In this document: positions 20,079 to 29,488 of the stretch, in pieces
Layout of the letters: each line of letters opens with the position of its first letter
Position numbering within the stretch: the first letter of the stretch is position 1
NCBI GenBank assembly: GCA_964022095.1
Contig: CAXHZO010000002.1
Location: 1-64,000, forward strand
Length of the DNA: 64,000 nucleotides
Direction: 5' to 3'
DNA from: an uncultured Arcobacteraceae bacterium
Lineage (GTDB): Bacteria > Campylobacterota > Campylobacteria > Campylobacterales > Arcobacteraceae
The notes under the pieces: model-generated
What the model was told of the DNA's origin: nothing
The model's input: only the letters and a program-made list of their open reading frames with translations
Databases searched by the model: none
Translations under genes and position numbers: made by a program

Positions 20079-22412
20079 TTATTTCTTTACTGCATCAAAA
20101 TTTCCTTTGATTTGTATATTATCAGAAGATTTCATATTTAAGCTACCTTTTATTAGTTCTGCTTCATCTCCATAAAAAGTACCAGAGCCACCAGCTCCTT
20201 TTGTTGTATTAGATGGAGAAAATGAAATAGTTGAAAAAAACTTATCTGCAGAGCCTTCAAAATTTAATTCCCTTGAAGTGCCATCACCTACATCATTGAT
20301 ATTTATTTTACCATTTGTTAGTTGGTTAAAGTTTGCTCCAAAATCAATATCCATAGAAATTGTTGTATCTTCAGGTATATCTACTTTATTTTTATTAATA
20401 TCTTTTAAATATTGTGAACCTGTATTGAATTCATGATTATTAAAATTACCATTGTATGAAGCATTAGCAGTAGTATTATATAAGTATGAAGAACTAGTAA
20501 TATTATCAATACTATTTATTACATCACTTAATAAAATATCCTCTTCATTTGTATTGTTATTAGAACTATCATCATTGTCATCATCTGTAAAAATATCAAG
20601 AATACCACCTAGTATACTATCGTCATTTGTTGTATCAGAAACATCAGCAACAACATCTTCAACAGTGTCAGTAGTATTATTTGTAACAGAGTTGTCTTCT
20701 GTAATAGTATCAGCAACATTTTCTACAATATTCTCAGTAGTATCAGAAACATCAGCAACAACATCTTCAACCGTGTCAGTAGTATTATCAGTAATAGCAG
20801 GAGTATCTTCACTATTATTCTCTGTGATAGTATCAGTAGTGTTCTCAACTACTTCCTCAACTGTATCGGTATTATCTTCTACATTATTATCAGTAGTTTC
20901 ATCATCTGTGAAAATATCAAGAATACCACCTAGTATACTATCGTCATTTGTTGTTTCAGTAACATTTTCTACAATATTCTCAGTAGTATCAGAAACATCA
21001 GTAACAACATCTTCAACAGTGTCAGTAGTATTATTTGTAACAGAGTTGTCTTCTGTAATAGTATCAGCAACATTTTCTACAATATTCTCAGTAGTATCAG
21101 AAACATCAGCAACAACATCTTCAACCGTGTCAGTAGTATTATCAGTAATAGCAGGAGTATCTTCACTATTATTCTCTGTGATAGTATCAGTAGTGTTCTC
21201 AACTACTTCCTCAACTGTATCGGTATTATCTTCTACATTATTATCAGTAGTTTCATCATCTGTGAAAATATCAAGAATACCACCTAGTATACTATCGTCA
21301 TTTGTTGTATCAGCAACATTTTCTACAAGATTTTCAGTAGTATCAGAAACATCAGCAACAACATCTTCAACCGTGTCAGTAGTATTATCAGTAATAGCAG
21401 GAGTATCTTCACTATTATTCTCTGTGATAGTATCAGTAGTGTTCTCAACTACTTCCTCAACTGTATCAGCATTGTTTTCTAGTTCATTTTCAGTAGTGTC
21501 AGAAACATCTGCAACTACATCTTCAACCGTGTCAGATGTATAAGCAGTATCCTCACTATTATTAGAATCATCAGTAACAGAGTTATTTTGACTATTAGAA
21601 ACAATATTTGTATTTTCATCTTCTAAAGTATTGACATCTGTTTCTTGTGAAGTAATTACTTCTGTATTTCTTTGAGACTCTTCTGAATTTATAGGTTTAT
21701 TATCAATTATTAGTTTATCTTTATTTAGCTCTTGTGTTTCCTTAATTGTAATTTTATTATTAGCTACGGGGTCTTTTTTAATCACAGATATTGAATCATT
21801 TGCAAGGTTTTTTTCAATAGTTAAATTTTGGTTAATATTTTTTATATCATTCTTTTTTATCTTACGAACTTCTAATGGTTCGTTTGTTCTTTCTTTTAAT
21901 ATTTCTATAAATTCACCTTTAAATACTTCAACACTAGCATTAGTTATAATATTTGTTATTTCAATTTTACCTTCTGTACAGAATATTTTTTCTATATTTT
22001 CATCTATTTGAGTAACTATTTGTGTACCTCTAATTCCTATTGAGGCAGTTTTTGTTTTTAATTTAAAATTTTTAGGAACAATTTTTCCTATTTTCCCTGT
22101 AATTGTTCTAAAAACACCTTTTGTCATAGAGAATTCTGCTTTTGAATTTAAATTATCAAATATATAATTATTAATCTTGAAAACAGAGTTTTGACCAACT
22201 GTAATAATTGTTTCATCATTAAAAAGTATTTGTAATTTTGTATTTTTTTTTGTAGTTAATATATCTTTTTTATAAAAGATAGTATTTTTATTTACATCAA
22301 TTGCTTTTCCATCCCTTATAATTTCAGCTTTTCCTTTAAAAGCGACAACCTTCCCAACATTAGCTAGTAAAAAACTACTTAAAATAAAAAATAGTATTAT
22401 TGTTTTTCTCAT
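20079..22412 (-). CDS. Secreted FecR-domain protein with acidic repeat stalk and TbpB-like C-terminal beta-barrel
   Basis: Signal peptide, FecR motif (KTKTASIGIRGT, EGKIEI), D/E/T/N repeats, C-terminus ASYNG...DIDFG...GTFYGDEAELIKG...GNFDAVKK. Confidence 0.8.
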   Translation of the reverse strand: MRKTIILFFILSSFLLANVGKVVAFKGKAEIIRDGKAIDVNKNTIFYKKDILTTKKNTKLQILFNDETIITVGQNSVFKINNYIFDNLNSKAEFSMTKGVFRTITGKIGKIVPKNFKLKTKTASIGIRGTQIVTQIDENIEKIFCTEGKIEITNIITNASVEVFKGEFIEILKERTNEPLEVRKIKKNDIKNINQNLTIEKNLANDSISVIKKDPVANNKITIKETQELNKDKLIIDNKPINSEESQRNTEVITSQETDVNTLEDENTNIVSNSQNNSVTDDSNNSEDTAYTSDTVEDVVADVSDTTENELENNADTVEEVVENTTDTITENNSEDTPAITDNTTDTVEDVVADVSDTTENLVENVADTTNDDSILGGILDIFTDDETTDNNVEDNTDTVEEVVENTTDTITENNSEDTPAITDNTTDTVEDVVADVSDTTENIVENVADTITEDNSVTNNTTDTVEDVVTDVSDTTENIVENVTETTNDDSILGGILDIFTDDETTDNNVEDNTDTVEEVVENTTDTITENNSEDTPAITDNTTDTVEDVVADVSDTTENIVENVADTITEDNSVTNNTTDTVEDVVADVSDTTNDDSILGGILDIFTDDDNDDSSNNNTNEEDILLSDVINSIDNITSSSYLYNTTANASYNGNFNNHEFNTGSQYLKDINKNKVDIPEDTTISMDIDFGANFNQLTNGKININDVGDGTSRELNFEGSADKFFSTISFSPSNTTKGAGGSGTFYGDEAELIKGSLNMKSSDNIQIKGNFDAVKK
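20575..21535. repeat. Intragenic modular tandem repeats
   Basis: Near-identical blocks at offsets 354 bp (20761/21115) and 246 bp (21115/21361); three SILGGILDIFTDD units near 20581, 20902 and 21256. Confidence 0.92.
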
Positions 22413-22421
22413 TTTTAACCT

Positions 22422-24029
22422 TTAAAAATTAAATGATTTAATAAAATTGATTTTTCCCTCAATCTCTTCATATATATATGGATCTTGGTTTGAATCATTA
22501 TCAACGTATGACATAGAAAATAAAATTTGATTATTTTCTGAAAATTTATTTAAATATACCATTGAAATCAAAAAGTTATTATCTTTTCTTTTTGATTCAA
22601 ATAAAGGATTATAATCCATATATTTATTTACCGTAAACTGTGAAGATAATTTTATCATATTTTTCTTATTAATCAAATATATATACTCAAAACCACTGCT
22701 ATATGCAAGTTTGTCAATATCATTTCTTGAATTGTAAATTGATGAATTTTTTGATAATTTTGAATAAACTGATAGATTTTTTAAAAAATTATATTTTAAA
22801 AATAGAGCATAATTATTATAGTTCTTATCTTTATTATTAGTACTTAAATATAGAACCCTTTGATATTTTAATGATAGGTAAATAAGTCTCGAAGCTAAAT
22901 CAGTACTTAAAGAAAAGGAGTCAAAGTCATTTACTTCTTTTTTTATTCTTGTTGCTTCAAAGTTTAAAGAATATATTTGATTATTTTTTTTGTCACTAAA
23001 TAATATTGATGGTTTATATGAAAATACTGTCATATTTTGATCTTTTTCATTAAAGTAGTTTTTATTGAAAACCAAAAAAGAATTTTTAATTGCAAGATCC
23101 TTTTTTGTATTTATAAAATTAAGGGAAAAAGCTTCATTATGAAAATTATCTATTATTGGTTTTTCTGAACTTACGATAATATTATTTAAACCAGGTAATT
23201 TATATTCGTTTGATTCAACACCATTATTAACGTTGCTATTTCTACCAACTCCCACCATAATAGAACCATTAATAAAGTTAGTTTTGGGCTTTTTATTTAA
23301 CTCTTCTAAATATTTGTTAACAAGTTTTTTAGATTTTGGAGTAATATTTGCTTTTGATAAAGTTTCGTATTCTTTTTTAGCTAAGGATTTCAGCTTTAGT
23401 TTATGTAATAATTTAGCATATATTAATCTAGCTTGATTGAAACTAGGTTTTATAATTAATACTCTTTCAAGTGCCGCAGTAGCTTCATCAATTAATCCAA
23501 TTTTTATAGCACTTAGGGCCAAAAAATAGTTAATATTTAAATTGTCATTATGTTTAATGAAAAGTTTAAAAAATTTACTATAGGCTTTTTTATACTCTCC
23601 TATATTATACATTGTTGAAGCACTTATATATTCATTAGAGTTTTCAATATCTTGAATAAATTCATTATTCTCTTGAGGGTTCTCTTCTACTTTATTTACT
23701 ATTACTTCTTTGTCTGACATATATATAATTGAATACTTAGGTTCTTTATCAAACTTTTTTATGTAAGTATCTTTATATGTAGAGTTTTTCTTTAAAAATA
23801 TTTGGAGATCCTTTGCTTTTTCTATAGTTTTTATATTATTTATTATTAAACTATAATCTCCTTTTAAATGGGTTCTAATAATAATATTTTCATTTGGTAT
23901 TAGTATTACAGTTTCAAAAAAATATTTCTTTATAACATCTAAATACTTACTAGATGCAACATATAAAGTATATGAGTTAGCATAAAGTGTAGAAATAGAT
24001 AAAAGAAAAACTAAAAACAACTTATACAT
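22422..24029 (-). CDS. Outer-membrane protein: SPOR-like + TPR + beta-barrel (Slam/DUF560-like)
   Basis: Signal peptide, TPR (EATAALERVLIIKP...ARL), G...NSNVN barrel start, SNQDPYIY, terminal Phe. Confidence 0.72.
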   Translation of the reverse strand: MYKLFLVFLLSISTLYANSYTLYVASSKYLDVIKKYFFETVILIPNENIIIRTHLKGDYSLIINNIKTIEKAKDLQIFLKKNSTYKDTYIKKFDKEPKYSIIYMSDKEVIVNKVEENPQENNEFIQDIENSNEYISASTMYNIGEYKKAYSKFFKLFIKHNDNLNINYFLALSAIKIGLIDEATAALERVLIIKPSFNQARLIYAKLLHKLKLKSLAKKEYETLSKANITPKSKKLVNKYLEELNKKPKTNFINGSIMVGVGRNSNVNNGVESNEYKLPGLNNIIVSSEKPIIDNFHNEAFSLNFINTKKDLAIKNSFLVFNKNYFNEKDQNMTVFSYKPSILFSDKKNNQIYSLNFEATRIKKEVNDFDSFSLSTDLASRLIYLSLKYQRVLYLSTNNKDKNYNNYALFLKYNFLKNLSVYSKLSKNSSIYNSRNDIDKLAYSSGFEYIYLINKKNMIKLSSQFTVNKYMDYNPLFESKRKDNNFLISMVYLNKFSENNQILFSMSYVDNDSNQDPYIYEEIEGKINFIKSFNF

Positions 24030-24061
24030 ATAATTTCCTATTTTTTTATTTTGTTACATAA

Positions 24062-26194
24062 CTATTTTTCATTATGTATAAATATTCTTTCAAATTTTTT
24101 ATTGGGGTTTTGTATATAAAAATTTGATCTTTCTAAATATATTTGATATATCTTTGATGAACTAGTCATAGATAATTCTTTGAAAATTTTTGATGATAAT
24201 TGAAAATTTTCTTCATAATAAAACTTTAATCCTTCATCATACTTTTCCATTTCTCTATCATTTTGTTTATCATGCAAAATTTCCCATATTCTTACGGGAT
24301 CATTTTTACCTTTTACTTTTATAAAGTCTAAAAACCTATAATTAAAAGGTTCTTTTAGAGAGTCTTTTGTAAACTCTGATATTATAATTTTAACACCATA
24401 ATATTTACATAAAGACTCAATTCTTGAACCAAGATTTATAGTATCTCCAATAACTGTATAGTCACTTCGTCCTATACTTCCAATCTCTCCAATAGTTGCA
24501 CTACCAGTGGTTATTCCTATTCCTATCTCAATCTTTGGAAGATTATTCTGAAAATAGTATTTATTGATATTATCTAAAATATTAATTTGTTCAATAGCAG
24601 TTTTAACAGCTTTATCTGCATGGTTTTCTATATCAAATGGAGCATTCCAGTAAGCCATAATTGCATCACCAATGTACTTATCAATTGTTCCATTGTTTTT
24701 TGTTATTATTTCACTCATTGGAGTTAAATAGTGATTTAAATAATTAACTAAAATTTTTGGATCACCTATTTTTTCTGAAATAGAAGTAAATTGTCTTATA
24801 TCACTAAAAAAAATAGTAATATTTTTATTTTGTGACTGAAGTTGATTTTTGTCTGTATTATTAATCAACTGTTCCATTACATCTTTTGAAACTTTTGATG
24901 CAAATTTATTTTTTATTTCTTCTTTCTTTCTCACTTCAAAAAAATAGTCAAGAATTAAACTACTTGCAGAACTAAATATTAGTGCTAAAATAGGAAATAG
25001 GGTATTGATTACTAAATACTCTTTAAATAAGAGATAATAATTTAAATAAAAGATTAAGACGGTCATTCCTAAAAAATATATTGGTATTATTACAATAGCT
25101 ATTTTTTTTATTAATATATAATTTATAAATACAATTAAAAATATAAATAAAATATTAACAGCTAAAATCCAAGATGGCTTAAATAAGTAGTCTTGATTTA
25201 ATATATTATCAATTGCATTGGCATGAACTTCTACTCCAGGGAAAACTGATTCAAATGGAGTAGCTCTTAAATCCATTAGTGCTGCAGCTGAAGTACCAAC
25301 TAATGCAATCTTATTTTCTATGTCTTTTTTACTAAAGGAATTATTATAAATATCTAATGCAGATATATATGTAAATGTTTTTTCTTTTCCTCTAAAATTA
25401 ATTAATACTCTTCCAAATCGGTCTGTTTGTATTTTATAATTGTCTAGATGAATGTTTTCAACACCATTTTCATCATAGTTAATAATGACTTTTTGAATTC
25501 CTAGTGCAATTCTTAAAATTTCTAATGAAAGAGAAGGATATAAAGAATCTTCATATGATATAATCATGGGAATACTTCTTATAATCCCTCCTTCATCTGG
25601 TATATTATTGAAAAAACCACTTGAATATGAATTATTTTGAATAATTGGTATATTCAAGATTGTTCCCTGCGCTTGTATTAAATAATCTTTTCCAAGGTTC
25701 TTGTTTTTTTCTATAAAAATTGTTTGGATAGATGGAGCTTCTTTTGATATATGATTCTTATCTTTAAACTCAAATTGATATCCAAGTATTGTTGGTGTTG
25801 ATGCTATTGTTTGTGCAAATTGTAGATCATAGTTTGGCAAATTTTCTTTTTTTATATTATATTTTTTTAAAATTTTATGGGGAGATGTTCTGTCTGCTTC
25901 TGCAAAAACAATATCAAGTCCAATTATTGCAACATTCGCTTTATGTAAGTTTTCTAGAATTTTAGAAAGTTTATCTCTTGACCAAGGCCATTGACCAAGA
26001 TTTTTTAAAGACTTTTCATCAATATCAATAATCACTACACTATTACTTTGTGGAGAGGTTTCTCCTCTTACATTAAACATAAAGTCTCTAATTCTATTAT
26101 CAAAAGAGTCAGGTAATTTAGGGAAGAAAAGATATATTGAAGATAGAAATATACTTATAAATATAATTATTGAAAGAGATAAAAGCTTGTTCAT
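24062..26194 (-). CDS. CHASE2-domain class III adenylate cyclase
   Basis: IIDIDEKSL..LGQWPWSR, PGVEVHA, three TM, FSDIRQFT, IDKYIGDAIMA, DYTVIGDTINLGSRIE. Confidence 0.93.
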   Translation of the reverse strand: MNKLLSLSIIIFISIFLSSIYLFFPKLPDSFDNRIRDFMFNVRGETSPQSNSVVIIDIDEKSLKNLGQWPWSRDKLSKILENLHKANVAIIGLDIVFAEADRTSPHKILKKYNIKKENLPNYDLQFAQTIASTPTILGYQFEFKDKNHISKEAPSIQTIFIEKNKNLGKDYLIQAQGTILNIPIIQNNSYSSGFFNNIPDEGGIIRSIPMIISYEDSLYPSLSLEILRIALGIQKVIINYDENGVENIHLDNYKIQTDRFGRVLINFRGKEKTFTYISALDIYNNSFSKKDIENKIALVGTSAAALMDLRATPFESVFPGVEVHANAIDNILNQDYLFKPSWILAVNILFIFLIVFINYILIKKIAIVIIPIYFLGMTVLIFYLNYYLLFKEYLVINTLFPILALIFSSASSLILDYFFEVRKKEEIKNKFASKVSKDVMEQLINNTDKNQLQSQNKNITIFFSDIRQFTSISEKIGDPKILVNYLNHYLTPMSEIITKNNGTIDKYIGDAIMAYWNAPFDIENHADKAVKTAIEQINILDNINKYYFQNNLPKIEIGIGITTGSATIGEIGSIGRSDYTVIGDTINLGSRIESLCKYYGVKIIISEFTKDSLKEPFNYRFLDFIKVKGKNDPVRIWEILHDKQNDREMEKYDEGLKFYYEENFQLSSKIFKELSMTSSSKIYQIYLERSNFYIQNPNKKFERIFIHNEK

Positions 26195-26195
26195 T

Positions 26196-28532
26196 TTATA
26201 TATCTAACTGATTCTTTTCTAGTTCCCCATTTGTATACTTCTTAAAAGCATCACTATTAAAGAAAAAATCAAGTAAATATTTATCTATCTCACCATTGTT
26301 AGCTATTCTATATAGTATGTTCTTTACTTGAGATAATCGCATCGTTTCTTTATATGGCCTGTCATTTGCAGTTAATGCTTCAAATACATCTGCTAAAATC
26401 ATAATTCTATCTTCAAGGGAAATTTGATCTTCATTTAAGCCTCTTGGATAGCCTTGACCATTTAATTTTTCATGGTGGTTACAAGCGATATTCAGAACGT
26501 TTTTATACTTTTTAGGGAAGGGTAATGATGAAATCATATCATAAGATAAATACGCATGATGTCTAATTTTATCTAGCTCTTCAGGTGTTAAGGTACCTTT
26601 CTTTATAGATAAGTTATAAGTCTCATTTTGATTTAATATGAAAATATTTTCTCCATCAATTTCATATTTTTCTTCTGAGATTTTATTAAGCATTTTTTCA
26701 TCTTTTTCACTCATAAACTCTGAGCCAACATTTAGTTTTTTGATAAATGCTTTGTATTTATCTAATTTATCAACTTCCTTTTCAAACTCATCTTTTGGAA
26801 GTAATTGTTTTAATGATTTAATTTCTAAATCTTTTTTGATTAGTTCAATTCTTTGTTCAATCAGCTCAATTCTATCAAAGATTTTTTCTAGCTTTGTTGC
26901 TTTATCCATAATATAATCTGGAATTGAAATTTTTCCAACATCATGCATCCATGCAGCTAGTGCTAACTCTTTATAATTTATTGCATCATATTTTATATCT
27001 TTATAGACTGTTTGATCATCATTTATTGCTTCTGCAATCATTAAAGCTATTTTCTCAACTTTTTCAATATGACAAGAAGTATATGGTGATTTAGCATCAA
27101 TAGCTTTTGCAATTGTCGTGACAAAAGCATCAAGTAGATTTTCTAAGTCATTTACTAGTTGAATATTTGTTATTGTTACTGCTGCTTGAGATGCTAAATA
27201 TTTTATTACTTTTTCATCAAACTTATTAAACTCTAATATTTCATTTTCACAATTTTCATCAACTTTATTTATTAGTTGTAATACCCCTATAGTTTCATCT
27301 TCATGGTTAATCAAAGGTATGACTAACATAGACTTTGATCTATATCCTGTTAATGCATCAAATTTCTTTGTACCAGCAAATTCATAATCATCAACTGTAT
27401 ACACGTCTTTTATATTAATTGTTCTTTTTTCATTTGCACAAACTACTGATACCATAGAGTTATTTGTATTTGTGTCTCTTTCATATAATTCTAATGCAGG
27501 CCAATTTAGATTATCTTTTGAAGTACTTAAATCTGTACCTAAGATATCATTTTGAACAACTTTAAAGTTTAGGTACTTCTCATCTTTTGACTTAATATAA
27601 AGTGTTCCTGCTTGAGCATTTGTAAGTTTTCTAGTTAGTGTTAAGATATCTTCAAGTAGTTTATCTTTGTCATTCTCACTTGATAGTGTTAGGTTGATAT
27701 TCATTATTTCATCAAGTTCACTTTGAGTTAATACATCTCTTTTTAATTTACCTGTATTTACATGGATAACATCACCTTCTTTTAATACCTTTCCATTATA
27801 ATTTAGTAAAGAACACTCTTTTATATCATTTAAAATCTCATTATAATAATTAGGTTTTAAGTGATAATAAAATATTGAAAGATCATCTCTTTTTAATGCT
27901 TTTAAATTCTCTAAAATAAGTTCAGGTGTTAAGTGCTCACTTGCTTTTGCTAAGCCATTTAATCTATTTGGGAAAGAACACTCTAAAAGTAAAGATTTGA
28001 TTTTTTTATCTTTGTTTATTAAGTCAATTAAATCATAGTTTATATAAGTATCACCACTAATTACAAATGACTCATCTTTTTTATTAATCAAATAACCACA
28101 AGCACCGTCGATATGATTTGCTTTTATAGGTTTTATTTTATAATCATCTATAAAAATCTCTTCTTCTAAAGAGATAGTTTCTAATACTAAAGAATCTTGA
28201 GTGCTATTTAGAAGTTTTATTTTTGTGAAGTCTGGCCAAACTGTATCATTAAAAAAGTGTGCACTTAGTACATCAATTGTCTCTTTTAGTCCGTAAATCT
28301 TTAATGGCTTTTCTCTTTTGTCAAAGAATCCCTCAATTACATATGGTAGGTCAGATATGTGATCTGCGTGAGAGTGTGTTATAAATATATGATCAACTTC
28401 TAGTGTTTCATCACCTAAAGCTCCAACAATATTTCCTGCATCAATAATAATGTTTTTAAATATTTGAAATGATGTAGTATTGTGGCCTTTTGTTTTACTA
28501 CCACTAGCCCCTAAGATTTTTATGTAGTTCAA
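26196..28532 (-). CDS. Class II cAMP phosphodiesterase (MBL fold)-GAF-HD-GYP fusion
   Basis: THSHADH, FNDTVWPDF, GAF (GYRSKSMLVIPL...GVLQLINK), MHDVGK, HHEKLNGQGYP. Confidence 0.9.
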   Translation of the reverse strand: MNYIKILGASGSKTKGHNTTSFQIFKNIIIDAGNIVGALGDETLEVDHIFITHSHADHISDLPYVIEGFFDKREKPLKIYGLKETIDVLSAHFFNDTVWPDFTKIKLLNSTQDSLVLETISLEEEIFIDDYKIKPIKANHIDGACGYLINKKDESFVISGDTYINYDLIDLINKDKKIKSLLLECSFPNRLNGLAKASEHLTPELILENLKALKRDDLSIFYYHLKPNYYNEILNDIKECSLLNYNGKVLKEGDVIHVNTGKLKRDVLTQSELDEIMNINLTLSSENDKDKLLEDILTLTRKLTNAQAGTLYIKSKDEKYLNFKVVQNDILGTDLSTSKDNLNWPALELYERDTNTNNSMVSVVCANEKRTINIKDVYTVDDYEFAGTKKFDALTGYRSKSMLVIPLINHEDETIGVLQLINKVDENCENEILEFNKFDEKVIKYLASQAAVTITNIQLVNDLENLLDAFVTTIAKAIDAKSPYTSCHIEKVEKIALMIAEAINDDQTVYKDIKYDAINYKELALAAWMHDVGKISIPDYIMDKATKLEKIFDRIELIEQRIELIKKDLEIKSLKQLLPKDEFEKEVDKLDKYKAFIKKLNVGSEFMSEKDEKMLNKISEEKYEIDGENIFILNQNETYNLSIKKGTLTPEELDKIRHHAYLSYDMISSLPFPKKYKNVLNIACNHHEKLNGQGYPRGLNEDQISLEDRIMILADVFEALTANDRPYKETMRLSQVKNILYRIANNGEIDKYLLDFFFNSDAFKKYTNGELEKNQLDI

Positions 28533-28602
28533 GTTACAACCTTCTATAAGATTAGAATATTATAACAAAAAATGCTTTCTAATTGATTATTTTTATAAAT
28601 AT

Positions 28603-29484
28603 TTAATGGTCATTTATTAAAAAATCATCATAGGGATCCATATGAATATTAATAATCCAGTCTCTTTTTTCATCAAGCTTTTTTATTTTCATTTCAATTG
28701 AATCTGTTGTTCTATGAGCATCCATAAGTGTGATTAGACAGTCAAATACAAGATGCACTTCAACAAAAGTTTGATGTCCTGCTTCTCTTGTTTTTAATAA
28801 ATGATATGCATTTACTTGTTTACTATTTTTAATTATATTTTTTATTTCACTCACAATTTCTTCATCAACTGCTCTATCAAGTAAAACTAAAACACCATCA
28901 TGAATTAATTCATATGCTGAATAGATAATATATATTGCAATACCACCACCAACAAAAACATCGATAAGTTCTATTCCTGTGAAGTTTACAAGTACAAGTG
29001 ATATTAAAACAGCTGCATTTGAGTAAACATCAGTTTTATAGTGTAACGCATCTGCTTTGATTACCATTGAGTTAGTTTTTTTAGCAACTTTATTTAAAAA
29101 TATTACTAATGAAACAGTAATTATTAAAGATATAATCATTACTATAATAGAGATATCAACATACTGAGAAACTTCACCATTTATTGCTTTTTGAACTGCT
29201 TGATAAAGTAAGAAAAGTCCAGATATAGTAATAATAGTACCTTCTATAACAGAAGCTAAAGCTTCGATTTTTCCTCTACCATAGTTAAACTCTTTATCAG
29301 CAGGTTTTTCTGCATTTGATATAGCAAAGTAATTGAAGATTGATACAAACATATCTAAAACAGAATCAATAGCAGATGCTAAAACAGCAACTGAACCACT
29401 AGCAATTCCAATAACAAGTTTGATAAGTGTTAGTATAGCAGCAACGCTAGAAGATACTACCGTTGCTTTTTTTTGAAGTGTCAT
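28603..29484 (-). CDS. Cation diffusion facilitator (FieF-like)
   Basis: SAIDSVLD, YGRGKIE, ADALHYKTD, IHMDP. Confidence 0.92.
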   Translation of the reverse strand: MTLQKKATVVSSSVAAILTLIKLVIGIASGSVAVLASAIDSVLDMFVSIFNYFAISNAEKPADKEFNYGRGKIEALASVIEGTIITISGLFLLYQAVQKAINGEVSQYVDISIIVMIISLIITVSLVIFLNKVAKKTNSMVIKADALHYKTDVYSNAAVLISLVLVNFTGIELIDVFVGGGIAIYIIYSAYELIHDGVLVLLDRAVDEEIVSEIKNIIKNSKQVNAYHLLKTREAGHQTFVEVHLVFDCLITLMDAHRTTDSIEMKIKKLDEKRDWIINIHMDPYDDFLINDH

Positions 29485-29488
29485 GATA

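Noticed and set aside
20575-21535. Repeats as a possible CRISPR array
   Set aside because: In-frame coding repeats (offsets are multiples of 3), no unique spacers, no cas genes
20452-21543. 363-aa Ser/Val/Thr-rich ORF on the + strand
   Set aside because: Antisense shadow of the low-complexity repeat in the FecR gene
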